Of a stretch of 64,000 nt of DNA, positions 19,282-29,070 are shown piece after piece. The notes under the pieces were generated by a model. The model saw only the letters and a list, made by a program, of their open reading frames with translations, made no database searches and was not told where the DNA came from. Made by a program: the position numbers and the translations under genes. Position 1 is the first letter of the stretch. The number at the start of each line of letters is the position of its first letter. Source of the DNA: an uncultured delta proteobacterium (GTDB lineage: Bacteria; Desulfobacterota; Zymogenia; Zymogenales; Zymogenaceae); contig CAVTLK010000001.1 in assembly GCA_963735595.1 (NCBI GenBank), forward strand, positions 960,001 through 1,024,000, given 5' to 3'.

Positions 19282-20283
19282 TTATCGCATCTCCAGCTTC
19301 CCGTCCCGATAGAGCCGTGCTATCTCTTCCATCGACTTCTCGAAATCGGGATAGAGAAACGTGAAGCCGCTCTTCTTGAGCGCGGCGTTGTCCACCACGT
19401 AGTCGTGATAGAGATACTGCGACCGCGTCGTACTCGAGGTCCGGGTACCTTCCCCTTCCGGGCGGACACGAAGCCGTCGGCCTTGGCGGCGATCTTGACG
19501 AGCCACAACGGCAGGTGAAGCGTGGGCGGCTTTTTCCCGAAGGCCAGGGCCGCCAGGCGTCAGGGCCCGCTCGATGGTCGGTTTGGAATCGTCGACGATG
19601 TTGTAGATCTTGCCGGTGTTGCCCGAAAGCTCCGACAGGTGCACCACCGCCCGCGCCACGTCCTCCGCACGGACGTTGGCGAGAAGCTGCTTGCCGCTGC
19701 CGGGGATCGCCGTGATCGAGGTGGGCCGGGAAAAGGCCTTGCCCGCCCCGTCCGTACAGCGGGGGCCGTAGACGGTGCAGGGGCGGCAGAGGATCGGCGT
19801 CAAGCCCCTTTTCGAGCGCCGCAAACAGCATATTCTCGCCGTCCCTCTTGCTCCTGCCGTAGTCGTCCTGCGGGTTGCGCGGAGAGTCTTCCCGGAAGGG
19901 GGAGCCGGTATACGGCCCGTAGACGCTGGTGGAGGTCACGTGGACGAACCGCTTGACCCCCGCCTTGATGGCCGCCTCCGTGATCAGGGCAACCCCCGCC
20001 ACGTTGGTGGGATAGAGGCGCTCATAGGGCGTGGAGAAATTGCAGATCGCCCCCATGTGGATGACCCGATCGACCTCTCCCTCAAACAGCGGCGGCACCG
20101 TCTCGGGCTTCGTCAGGTCGGCGGCCACGTACTGGACCCCCAGCCGGTCGAAAAACGACGTGTCTTTTCTGGGCCGGGCGGTGGCCCTGACCTTGACGCC
20201 CGATTTGGCCAGGTGTTCGACCAGGTGGCTCCCCATGAAAGCCGGCGGCCCCGGTAACCAACGTGATCCCGGTAGAATTTCAC
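19282..20283 (-). CDS. NAD-dependent epimerase/dehydratase (extended SDR), broken by about six +1 insertions
   Basis: Reconstructed across frames: LVTGAAGFMGSHL, TSTSVYG, YGRSK, RPCTVYGP; GTG start at 20283 behind AGGAGG, overlapping the PadR stop. Confidence 0.75.
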
Positions 20284-20883
20284 GTCGTTCCTCCTGTGGT
20301 TGCGACCGCTTTAACGTTCTCCCGGTCTATCGTATCCCCGCTGCTGCGGGATTTCCGGGAGGATATCTCGGCCTGAATCTCGACCTTGACGCGCTCAAGC
20401 CAGGCCAGCATCATCTCGTTGAGCGAAATACCCAGTTCTCTCATAAGACGGACGTTGGTGTTCTCGTTCTGTTTATGGTCGTATCGGTGGCGCCGTGAGG
20501 AGAGATCCGCGTGATAGATCCGTATCTGCTCCTCGATGATTTCGAGGGACCGTTCTTTATCCCCGAAGGAGAAAGAAGACGAACTTGAGCAGAAAAGGAT
20601 CGCGGATGAGCATTCCCCGCTCGGGCGCCGTATTGAGCCACTCCGCAAAGGCCTCTTCACCCTTCTCGGTGATGGAATAGAGCTTCTTGTCGGGGACGTT
20701 TTTCTGGGCCACGTCGACCTTCGTCACCAGCCCCTCCTGCTCGAGCTGCTTGAGGTTCGGGTAGATCTGACCGTAGTTGATGGACCACATGAAGCCGAAT
20801 TCATTCTCGATGACTTCCTTGATACGGTAGCCGTGCATATCTTTGTAATGAAGCAGTCCCAGGATGGCGTATTTCACGGACAT
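20280..20883 (-). CDS. PadR family transcriptional regulator (+1 frameshift near 20572)
   Basis: AILGLL, HGYRIK, GQIYPNLKQLEQEGLV, KKLYSITEKG; C-terminal domain continues in ORF 20280..20660. Confidence 0.85.
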
Positions 20884-20990
20884 GGTGTTTCCTCGCGGGT
20901 AGTGGGAAAAGGACTCGATCGGTCGGCGGGAAAAGGGAGCATCGGATCGCCGGAGGACCGATACGACGTTACGGGGAAGGCCGATGAATT

Positions 20991-21028
20991 TATGTCGAAA
21001 GTATATATATCCATAGTATATATGTCAA
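20991..21028 (-). promoter_or_regulatory. Sigma-70 promoter of the PadR/GRE cluster with overlapping repeats
   Basis: Minus strand TTGACA-17 nt-TATACT (21028-21000); TATRTC-N4-GTATATA repeated at a 15-bp period. Confidence 0.7.
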
Positions 21029-21197
21029 GGCTTTTTTTCGTTCTCGAAAAGGCGTTAACGCTGTATGGGATGACCTCGGCCGTATGTCTAATCCGTCATC
21101 GGGAGGAGGAATCAATCCGGTTTGGTGTAGTACGGGCCGGCCCCGATATGATAATATGGCCCGGTCGTTCTGGCGCCCATGATGACACAGGAACACG

Positions 21198-21944
21198 ATG
21201 AATTTGGCCCTTCTACCTCGCGTGGGACACTCCCGGCCCGACCTGCCGAAGACGGCGGCCCGGATTTCGATCGTTTTGGGTATCGCCGCCCTGCTTGCCG
21301 TCCCGGCCTGGGCGGGACCCGTGCTGTCAGCGGACATCGTCGCCGATATCTTCTCTTCCCGGACCAACGAGGCCGGCCGGGACTTTTCGCCGGCCGCCGT
21401 GGCCGTCGTCGAGGGCGCTTTTACCGCCCCCGGGATGACCGAGGCCGTGGTCTCTTTTTCCGACGCTAACCAATCACACGCCCTGGGTACCGCCGAGATA
21501 TGGCTGCTTCGGCTCGTCGGTGAACGATGGGAGCCGGTCGCGAAGATCGCCGAGTCCGATACCGCCGAATTCGTCACCACCGACCTCAACGGCGACGGCG
21601 CCCTCGAGCTGCTCACTCACACGGCCGCCGGAAACCAGGGCTACTTGGTCATCTGCCGTCGCCTCGTCTACTTCGCGGACGGAAACCCGACCGACCTCCT
21701 GACCTTCGAGGGTTTCGATAATACCGGCTGGCCCGACAAGGGGATCTGCGCCTTCGACGCGCGCTTTGCGTTCAAGGACGTCAACCGGGACGGTGTCATC
21801 GAGGTCGAGCTGACTGAATATTACGATTACTGCCAAAAAGAAGGAGACGCGTCGGTCTTCCTGCGCCGGTCGGAGCGGTCAACCGTCTTTTGTCCCGTAA
21901 TCTCGGCCTCCGGCTCGATCATCGGAATCCAGCGGCTCCATTAG
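21198..21944 (+). CDS. Hypothetical exported protein with DxNxDG loops
   Basis: Signal-like segment ending AVPAWA; DLNGDG and DVNRDG motifs. Confidence 0.6.
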   Translation: MNLALLPRVGHSRPDLPKTAARISIVLGIAALLAVPAWAGPVLSADIVADIFSSRTNEAGRDFSPAAVAVVEGAFTAPGMTEAVVSFSDANQSHALGTAEIWLLRLVGERWEPVAKIAESDTAEFVTTDLNGDGALELLTHTAAGNQGYLVICRRLVYFADGNPTDLLTFEGFDNTGWPDKGICAFDARFAFKDVNRDGVIEVELTEYYDYCQKEGDASVFLRRSERSTVFCPVISASGSIIGIQRLH

Positions 21945-22139
21945 CCCTGCGTCGCATCGCACCCCCCCTCATCACGGACGAATCGATTTATTCGCCGCCC
22001 TATTGAAAAGCGGGTCGTCGCAAACTAAATTATTACTATATTAGTAGTATTTTATCGCCCGCGACGAAGGAAAGGCTCTGCTATGCTGTTTATAGTAGTA
22101 AGAGAACGCGATAACGACAAAACGCAAAAGGAGAGACTG

Positions 22140-22343
22140 ATGGGAGCAATAGTATTGGTGCTTCTGGCGATAGCGGCGGGCTTGCTGATATACCGTTACC
22201 GGTCCCAGGGCACGCTTGATATACTGCAATCGGATCGGAACCGGTCGAATCAGACACCTGAGGATATCCTGAAGCGTCGGCTGGCCGAAGGGAAGATCGA
22301 TGAGAAAGAATATACCCGGATCAGACGGACGCTTAGCTCCTGA
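22140..22343 (+). CDS. Small SHOCT-domain membrane protein
   Basis: TM segment then PEDILKRRLAEGKIDEKEY; AAGGAG RBS (alternative start 22083). Confidence 0.75.
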   Translation: MGAIVLVLLAIAAGLLIYRYRSQGTLDILQSDRNRSNQTPEDILKRRLAEGKIDEKEYTRIRRTLSS

Positions 22344-22388
22344 AATTAGGGGTTAGGGTCGGTCCGGCCTGACAGAAAGGAGTCTGCT

Positions 22389-22715
22389 ATGTTTGAGACA
22401 CTTATTTCGAGCGCGTATGGAACAATCGGCACGCTCTTGGGTGGATGGTGCGGCGGATGGGGCGGCGGCCTTTACGGCGGCCGCGGATTCGGTATGATGG
22501 GAGGGTTCTGGCCCTTCGGGATGGTCTTTATGGGGATCTTCTGGATTGCGGTTATCGCGCTTGCCGTGTGGGCGCTCTGGCGCCTGACCGGCGGCAGGAA
22601 TGTCCCCGTAAGCGCTGAGTCTCACCTGGACATCCTGAAGCGCCGCCTGGCCGAAGGCGAGATCACGACCGATGAGTTTACCAGGCTCAAGAAGACCATC
22701 GGAGAAAAGAAATAG
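22389..22715 (+). CDS. SHOCT-domain membrane protein with Gly/Met-rich N-terminus
   Basis: GFGMMGG, TM segment, LDILKRRLAEGEITTDEF. Confidence 0.8.
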   Translation: MFETLISSAYGTIGTLLGGWCGGWGGGLYGGRGFGMMGGFWPFGMVFMGIFWIAVIALAVWALWRLTGGRNVPVSAESHLDILKRRLAEGEITTDEFTRLKKTIGEKK

Positions 22716-22866
22716 GTTACTGAATCCTTCGGGCTCTCTCCACATCTGTATTGACAGGAGCCGAAGGGCGATCTCTCTATGGTCGGAATTCGGAGCTTAC
22801 ATAAGAATGTACGATCGGGACTGCCGGATCCGATGACCGGCTGAGAGACCCGACAGAATATACAAT

Positions 22867-22895
22867 GAAAGCCCCTCTCAGGAGGGGCTTTCTTA
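22867..22895 (+). terminator. Intrinsic terminator
   Basis: GAAAGCCCCTC-TCAG-GAGGGGCTTTC followed by TT. Confidence 0.65.
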
Positions 22896-23016
22896 CTGAG
22901 ATCACTTTTTGCGACCGGCCCGCTTAAATGACCTCGACCTCATACCGGGCACGGCCGGATGGAATCGTATAGGCGTCATAAATGAATAGAAAAACTCAAA
23001 GACAAGAGGTGTAGCG

Positions 23017-23412
23017 ATGAACACAAAAAAAATTCTCGGCGTATTGCTGATAGCGGCCGCCTTCGTATACGCGGCACTTCCGGCCTATTCGGCCGAAACC
23101 CCGAAACCGTACGTCGCCGATCCGAAGGCAAAAGAGATAACCATCGACATGAAGGCGTATAAATACGCGTTTGACCCCGGCGACATCACGGTCTACAAGG
23201 GACAGAAGATCACCCTGAACATCACCTCCCTTGACAGTAAACACGGTTTCAAGCTCGATGGGTATGACATCAACGTCACCGTCGTTCCGGGAATGGTCAC
23301 GACCGTGACGTTCGTTGCCGACGAAACCGGGGAGTTCCCCTTCAAGTGCTCGGTATTCTGCGGATCCGGGCACATGAGTATGAAAGGGGTGCTCAAGGTC
23401 ATCGCACCATAA
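23017..23412 (+). CDS. Exported cupredoxin with CuA-type ligand motif
   Basis: Signal peptide; SLDSKHGF and CSVFCGSGHMSM, resembling the soluble domain of cytochrome c oxidase subunit II. Confidence 0.85.
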   Translation: MNTKKILGVLLIAAAFVYAALPAYSAETPKPYVADPKAKEITIDMKAYKYAFDPGDITVYKGQKITLNITSLDSKHGFKLDGYDINVTVVPGMVTTVTFVADETGEFPFKCSVFCGSGHMSMKGVLKVIAP

Positions 23413-23443
23413 CGCTGGTTTAACCTATCGGGATACTCCCGAC

Positions 23444-23475
23444 GGGGGATTCGGAATTTCCGATCCCCCTTTTTT
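23444..23475 (+). terminator. Intrinsic terminator
   Basis: GGGGGATTCGGAATTTCCGATCCCCC followed by a T-run. Confidence 0.7.
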
Positions 23476-23784
23476 GTGTCGCGCGCCGGTAATAATCACT
23501 GGCACGTCCATAGGCGGTGTGATATAGTAACTTTCGGGTCAGTTGGGCGGCAGATACGTGGATGTTCGTTATTCCGTCGATCGCCGATACCTGATCTCCC
23601 GATCCGAGTGACCACGTTTTCCCGATCAGCCGTCGTTATATATCTCCTGTAAATCTTCAGCAAGAAGCGGAGTCGTCGGTATATCGAACAACGAGGGACC
23701 CGCGGAACCGGAAAAGCGATCGTAAGTCCGCCCGCAAAGGGAAGATCCGGCTCCATAATCGGTCCGTTGCAGGGAGTGACGAAC

Positions 23785-23934
23785 ATGTATGAGAGCCTCT
23801 TTAAGGCGGCCGCCCTCCTGATCATCTTCTATACGGTTTACCACCTGATACGGCTCATCAGAAACGTCATAGAAGAAAGCAGAAAGACCGATAAAGGCAA
23901 AGAACCGGACAACCGGCACCACGACGCCCCGTAA
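23785..23934 (+). CDS. Small (49 aa) putative membrane protein absent from the ORF track
   Basis: GGGAG RBS; MYESLFKAAALLIIFYTVYHLIRLIRNVIEESRKTDKGKEPDNRHHDAP. Confidence 0.5.
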   Translation: MYESLFKAAALLIIFYTVYHLIRLIRNVIEESRKTDKGKEPDNRHHDAP

Positions 23935-24152
23935 CAAGGCCCGCGCCGCCCCGGCACCCAGACCCTCGATACGGCGGTAGCCTTGTTTGTCCCTTCCCGC
24001 GGCCGGTAATAAATTGACGGCGGTGTCTTTACATCGACTCGTTTTTATGATAGATTTGGCCGAGGTCGCGGGGGACGCCGCTTCTGCCCGATAGCCGTCC
24101 CGCGCCGTTTAAAACCGCTAAACCGCCACTGAATACTGAAAGGAGAGATAGC

Positions 24153-25262
24153 GTGAAGTCACGAACCGTACGTGTACCGTGTATCGTCATTATGCTTATC
24201 GCCGTAATCGGGGCATATTCCTGCGGTAAGAAGGGCCCGGAGGGGATGACGCCCGAAGCCGGCGGCCCCGGTGAAGCGGGCAAGGGCTTCGAATTTGCTA
24301 TCGAGCCGATGTTTGACGATTGCCTCCCCTTTTCGGAGGGGATGGCCGGCGTCTTCATCGACGGCCGGTGGGGATTCGTCGACAAGACCGGCGCGATGAT
24401 CGTGCCGTCCACCTACAGCGAGGTGGGCTCGTTTTACGACGGGCTGGCCGCAGTGGAGCTGGATAATAAGTGGGGATTTATCGACAAGGCCGGCACCGTC
24501 GCCGTCTCCCCCCGATATATCTATCCCTATAGAGAAGGGCCTTCCTACCGGTTTTCCGAGGGGCTTGCCGCCGTCTATACAGATGGGATGTGGGGATATA
24601 TAAACAAGTCCGGAGGGCTTGTCATCGCCGCCCGGTACGATTCGGCCGGGCCCTTCCTCGACGGCCTGGCACACGTGATAAAGGACGGCACGGATGTCTT
24701 TATCGACAAGACCGGAAAGGCCGTCGTCGAGCCGAAATGCACCTGGGTCCTCGACTTTTCCGAGGGGTTTGCCGCAATCAATGTCGGCAACAAGATCGGC
24801 TTTATTGATAAGACCGGAAAGACCGTGATCCAGCCGACCTACGAGATAAAGTCGGACAAGCCTTCCTTCCCTCCGATCTTCTCCAACGGCATGGTCCAGG
24901 TCAGGGTGGAAGAGAAATTCGGCTACATCGATACGACCGGCAAACTTGTCATCGAGGCGAAATACGATTTTGCCGGCCCCTTTTCGGAGGGAATGGCCCC
25001 CGTCATCCCCGACAACACGAAAAACAAGGTCGGATTCATAGATAAGACCGGTGCGATGATTATCAAACCGCAGTTCTTTGACGCCACCAACTTCGCCGAG
25101 GGGCTGGCGGCAGTCCAGGTCGACGAAAAGTGGGGATATATCGATAAGACCGGCGAGTTTATCATTCCGCCGCAGTTCGACATGGTCTGGAACTTTTCCG
25201 AAGGATTGGCCCGTGTCAAAGTCGGGCGTAAGTGGGGATATATCACCAATCCCTTACAGTGA
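24153..25262 (+). CDS. WG-repeat lipoprotein
   Basis: Lipobox-like AYSC; repeated FSEGLAAV...KWGYIDKTG units. Confidence 0.88.
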   Translation: MKSRTVRVPCIVIMLIAVIGAYSCGKKGPEGMTPEAGGPGEAGKGFEFAIEPMFDDCLPFSEGMAGVFIDGRWGFVDKTGAMIVPSTYSEVGSFYDGLAAVELDNKWGFIDKAGTVAVSPRYIYPYREGPSYRFSEGLAAVYTDGMWGYINKSGGLVIAARYDSAGPFLDGLAHVIKDGTDVFIDKTGKAVVEPKCTWVLDFSEGFAAINVGNKIGFIDKTGKTVIQPTYEIKSDKPSFPPIFSNGMVQVRVEEKFGYIDTTGKLVIEAKYDFAGPFSEGMAPVIPDNTKNKVGFIDKTGAMIIKPQFFDATNFAEGLAAVQVDEKWGYIDKTGEFIIPPQFDMVWNFSEGLARVKVGRKWGYITNPLQ

Positions 25263-25300
25263 CATCCGGAAGACCCGCTTAAAGCGGTAGCAGTATAATT

Positions 25301-25332
25301 CGGGGCGCGCCTGCAGGCGGCCCCGTTTTTTT
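25301..25332 (+). terminator. Intrinsic terminator
   Basis: CGGGGCGCGCCTGCAGGCGGCCCCG followed by a T-run. Confidence 0.6.
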
Positions 25333-25472
25333 ATTCCGCGAGCCGAGGGCTTACCCGGCGGTCCGATACGCCAAACGCGACCCATCGAAGGCCGCCGCGT
25401 ATTTTTCGTGGTATAATTATTGTCATATAGGTCTATAGATTCTTTATCGTACAGCGACAAGGAGGATCATAC

Positions 25473-26486
25473 ATGAAAAAGGTAGCGATTAACGGGTTGG
25501 GAAGAATCGGACGACTCATCCTGCGCAATTTCATCGAAACGCCCCCGGGCGCCACAGGTGAGATAGAAATAGTGGCAGCAAATGACCTTACCCCGATGGA
25601 CGACCTGGCTTACCTCATGCGCTACGACTCGGTCCACGGGAGGGCCCCCTTCGAGGTGAAATTCGGCGAAGGTTCCCTCGATCTCGGGGGAAAACGTATC
25701 GCCGTCACCCACGAGAAGGACCCCGCGAACCTCCCCTGGAAAGCGCTCGGGATAGACACCGTCATGGAGTGCACGGGAGCCTTCCGCGGGCGCGCCGATG
25801 CCGGCAAACATATCGACGCCGGGGCGTCCCATGTCATCATCAGCGCCCCGTCCGAGGATGTCGACGCCACCTTCATCGTCGGCGTCAACGAAAAGACCTA
25901 CGATCCCGCCAAGCACCGCGTCGTCTCCAATGCCTCCTGCACCACCAACTCGCTCGCCCCGACGGTCAAGGTCATGAACGACACCTTCGGCGTGGAGTAC
26001 CTGTTTGTAACCACCGTCCACGCCTATACGTCAAGCCAGTCCCTCGTGGACAAGGCCGCCCGAAAGATGCGCCGGGGCAGGGCCGCGGCCGTCTCGTTCA
26101 TCCCCACATCCACCGGCGCCGCCGACGCCACCGCCCTGGTCATCCCGGAGCTGAAGGGGAGGATGAACGCCATCGCCGTGCGGGCGCCCGTGCCGGACGG
26201 GTCGCTCACCGATATCGTCGCCGTCCTGAAAAAGGACGTCACCGTCGAGACCCTGAACGGGGCGTTCAAGGCGGCGGCCGACGGTCCTTTGAAGGGGATT
26301 CTGGCCTATAGCGAGGAAGAGCTGGTGTCGGCCGATATCATCGGCTGCCCCCACTCGGGCGTCGTAGACGGACTGTCCACGATGGTTATCAAGGACCGGT
26401 TTGTCAAGGTCTTCGTCTGGTACGACAACGAATACGGCTATTCCCACCGGATGCTCGACCTGGCGCGTCACATGGCGCGTGCATAG
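25473..26486 (+). CDS. gap: Type I glyceraldehyde-3-phosphate dehydrogenase
   Basis: INGLGRIGR, SNASCTTN, PTSTGAA, WYDNEYGYS. Confidence 0.93.
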   Translation: MKKVAINGLGRIGRLILRNFIETPPGATGEIEIVAANDLTPMDDLAYLMRYDSVHGRAPFEVKFGEGSLDLGGKRIAVTHEKDPANLPWKALGIDTVMECTGAFRGRADAGKHIDAGASHVIISAPSEDVDATFIVGVNEKTYDPAKHRVVSNASCTTNSLAPTVKVMNDTFGVEYLFVTTVHAYTSSQSLVDKAARKMRRGRAAAVSFIPTSTGAADATALVIPELKGRMNAIAVRAPVPDGSLTDIVAVLKKDVTVETLNGAFKAAADGPLKGILAYSEEELVSADIIGCPHSGVVDGLSTMVIKDRFVKVFVWYDNEYGYSHRMLDLARHMARA

Positions 26487-26625
26487 CCCCGAACACGGTG
26501 CAGTACCGGCCGTTTCGTCTTGATTTTTTCCGCCGATAGGCTATGATGGAGCGGTAATCGGCAATCTGAATCGCCCCTGTTCGGCCGCAGCTGTTGCCGC
26601 CCGCTCACCACATAGAGGAGGTAGT

Positions 26626-27315
26626 ATGTACTGGCACCTCATCCCGGTACCGCTTGTCCTTATCGTCATCGGGTTTTACGCCGTGGCCCGCGCCAAAAAC
26701 GACCTCAAACGGGTGGCGGTTGTCCAGCCGCTGGGCACGATCCTTGCCATTGTGATCTGCGCCCTCTCCCTCCTAACGCCGCATGCCGTCGTCGGTTTTA
26801 CCGCGTTCATCCTCGCGGGCCTGGTGCTGGCGTTAATCGGCGACTTCCTCAACGTCGACATGACCAGCCAGAAGGTCGTCATTGTGGGCCTGGTCATATT
26901 CGTCTTCGCCTATCTGGCCTACGCCGTCGGAATGGCCTTCTACAACGGCTTCCATAGCGCCGACCTGATCGTCGCAGCGGCGCTGCTGGCGATCCTGTGC
27001 GCCCTCATGGCCTACCTCTGGCCGGGGCTCGGCCCCATGAGGATACCGTTCGTCATCTACGGCGCGATCCTCTGCATCATGGTCAACCGGGCCGTTTCCA
27101 CCTTCTTCGGGGACGCCTTTTCCACGACCCAGGCCGTCCTCCTGACCGCGGGAACGCTGATGATATTTTTCGGAGACATGCTGTTTGCGGTCACGTCCTA
27201 TAAAAAGCCGTCCCCGCCACCTGCGGCCGTCTCCCTGAACCTTGCGGGGCCGGCCATGTACGCCGGCGCGCAGCTCCTCATTGCGCTTGCGCCCTCCTAC
27301 TTTCCCGGGGGATAG
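26626..27315 (+). CDS. YhhN / lysoplasmalogenase family membrane protein
   Basis: Multi-TM; LALIGDFL, MRIPFVIYG, FFGDMLFA, YAGAQLLIA. Confidence 0.7.
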   Translation: MYWHLIPVPLVLIVIGFYAVARAKNDLKRVAVVQPLGTILAIVICALSLLTPHAVVGFTAFILAGLVLALIGDFLNVDMTSQKVVIVGLVIFVFAYLAYAVGMAFYNGFHSADLIVAAALLAILCALMAYLWPGLGPMRIPFVIYGAILCIMVNRAVSTFFGDAFSTTQAVLLTAGTLMIFFGDMLFAVTSYKKPSPPPAAVSLNLAGPAMYAGAQLLIALAPSYFPGG

Positions 27316-27400
27316 CCGGGAATACCGACCAGGCCCGTGGCACGGCCCCCCTGTCTGAGGCCGCACCGCATGGTCGCTGTCTGTTACACGGAGAAACCGA

Positions 27401-28927
27401 ATGGCCCCGGATACCGACGCCGCGCGAGCCGACGCCAAATCGATTGCCGTCTTCGACGTCGGCAAAACCAACAAGAAACTACTGGTCTTCAATCACCGCC
27501 TGGAGCTCGTGGACGCGGTCTACCACACCTTCGACCAGTACGAGAAAGACGGCGTACAGATCGAGGCCGTGGAGGAGACCTCCGCGTGGCTGATCGCCTC
27601 GCTCAAGGCAATGGCCGCGAAGCACGACATCGGGGCGATCTCGGTATCAACCCACGGGGCGGCCTTTGCCATGATAGACGGCGGCGGCAGGCTCGCGGCG
27701 CCGGTGCTCTCCTACACCACCGACCCCGGTCAGGATTTTTCCTCACGGTTCTCGGCCCAATTCGGCGACCCGGTAACGCTGCAAAGACAGACCAAGACGC
27801 CCGATATGATTGGGTTGGGCTGCATGGCGAAGGGCATCATGTTTGCCCGGGAGCGCTGGCCCGAGGCTTTCAAGAGGGTCTCGGCCATCCTGCCGCTTCC
27901 GCAATACTACGGATTCGTCCTGACGGGCAACAAGGCGATCGACCCGACCAACGTCGGGTGCCACACCGCCTTCTGGAACTTCGAGAAGGGCGACTGGTCG
28001 CCCGTTATCGAGCGGATGGGCATGCGCGCGATCTTCCCCCAATCCATATCGAACCCGTGGGATATCCTCGGGACCGTCAGGCCCGACGTCGCCCGTGAGA
28101 CCGGGCTTTTCGAGGATACGGTGGTGACCGTCGGCATCCACGACTCTAACGCATCGCTCCTGCCCTACCTTATCAAGGAAACGCGCCCGTTTGTCGTCAA
28201 CTCCACGGGCACGGTCTCGGTTTCGTTGCGACCCACGCCGGACGTTACGCTGGCCGACGAGGACCTCGGAAAGGTCGTCTACTACAATCTCTCGGCCTTC
28301 AAGACCCCCGTCAAAACGACCATCTTCATGGGGGGGATGGAGTTCGACACCTATATGGGCCTGCTTTCCTCGATCCACGGCTCGCCCGCACACCCCCCGC
28401 TGGACAAGGCACTGCTGGAAGATATCCTCACGGCCCGCCGGCTCTTTGTGCTCCCCTCGTTTATCCCCTTCGGGATGTTCCCGGACTCCGCCGCCAGGGT
28501 CGTGGAGGGAGATACGGTCATTATGCTGGGAGACCTCTTCGGCGGCACGCACCCCGCGTTTTTCGGGGACTACGCGGCCGCCTACCACGTCCTGGTGCTG
28601 TCGGTGGCCCTGCAGGCCGAGGTCGCGCTCTCGGCCGTGGGCCTGGCCGACGGGATGCGGCTCTTCATCGAGGGGGGTTTTGCCAAAAACGAGATCTATA
28701 CGAGGCTGCTCGCCGCCCTCTTCCCGAAGGCTGCCACGGCCACCACGAACCTCTCGGAGGCCACGGCGTTCGGCGCGGCGCTGATGGGCAAGGCGGCGCT
28801 GATGGGAACCGACCCCCGCGGGCTTTCGGACCTCTTTGAGATCGAGGAAAATCCCGTGCCCCCGGAGGAGTTCAAAGGGCTTGACGGATATCGAACGGAG
28901 TTCCTGAAAATGGTTGGGGGGAAATAG
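27401..28927 (+). CDS. FGGY-family carbohydrate kinase
   Basis: FDVGKTNKK, STHGA, GIHDSNA, STGT, EGGF, EATAFGAA. Confidence 0.8.
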   Translation: MAPDTDAARADAKSIAVFDVGKTNKKLLVFNHRLELVDAVYHTFDQYEKDGVQIEAVEETSAWLIASLKAMAAKHDIGAISVSTHGAAFAMIDGGGRLAAPVLSYTTDPGQDFSSRFSAQFGDPVTLQRQTKTPDMIGLGCMAKGIMFARERWPEAFKRVSAILPLPQYYGFVLTGNKAIDPTNVGCHTAFWNFEKGDWSPVIERMGMRAIFPQSISNPWDILGTVRPDVARETGLFEDTVVTVGIHDSNASLLPYLIKETRPFVVNSTGTVSVSLRPTPDVTLADEDLGKVVYYNLSAFKTPVKTTIFMGGMEFDTYMGLLSSIHGSPAHPPLDKALLEDILTARRLFVLPSFIPFGMFPDSAARVVEGDTVIMLGDLFGGTHPAFFGDYAAAYHVLVLSVALQAEVALSAVGLADGMRLFIEGGFAKNEIYTRLLAALFPKAATATTNLSEATAFGAALMGKAALMGTDPRGLSDLFEIEENPVPPEEFKGLDGYRTEFLKMVGGK

Positions 28928-29070
28928 GCGGTACCGTTCAGAGCATGATACCGCCCCTCAACGAAACCCCGCGGCCTTCGACCACATTGACAGAGCAGGC
29001 CGCCCGTATTAACATTAACATAAGCCTCCGTCTTGGTAATCGCCTCAACCACCACAACCGTGAGGTCCCC

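Noticed and set aside
22817..22854. TPP riboswitch (GGGACTGCC...GGCTGAGAG.ACCC resembles its 5' half)
   Set aside because: The conserved ACCTGAT and P4/P5 half is absent and the downstream gene is unrelated to thiamine.
24280..25250. Periodic nucleotide repeats resembling an array
   Set aside because: Explained by WG protein repeats; no identical repeats with unique spacers and no cas genes, so not CRISPR. The same applies to the PQQ repeats at 54700-55620.
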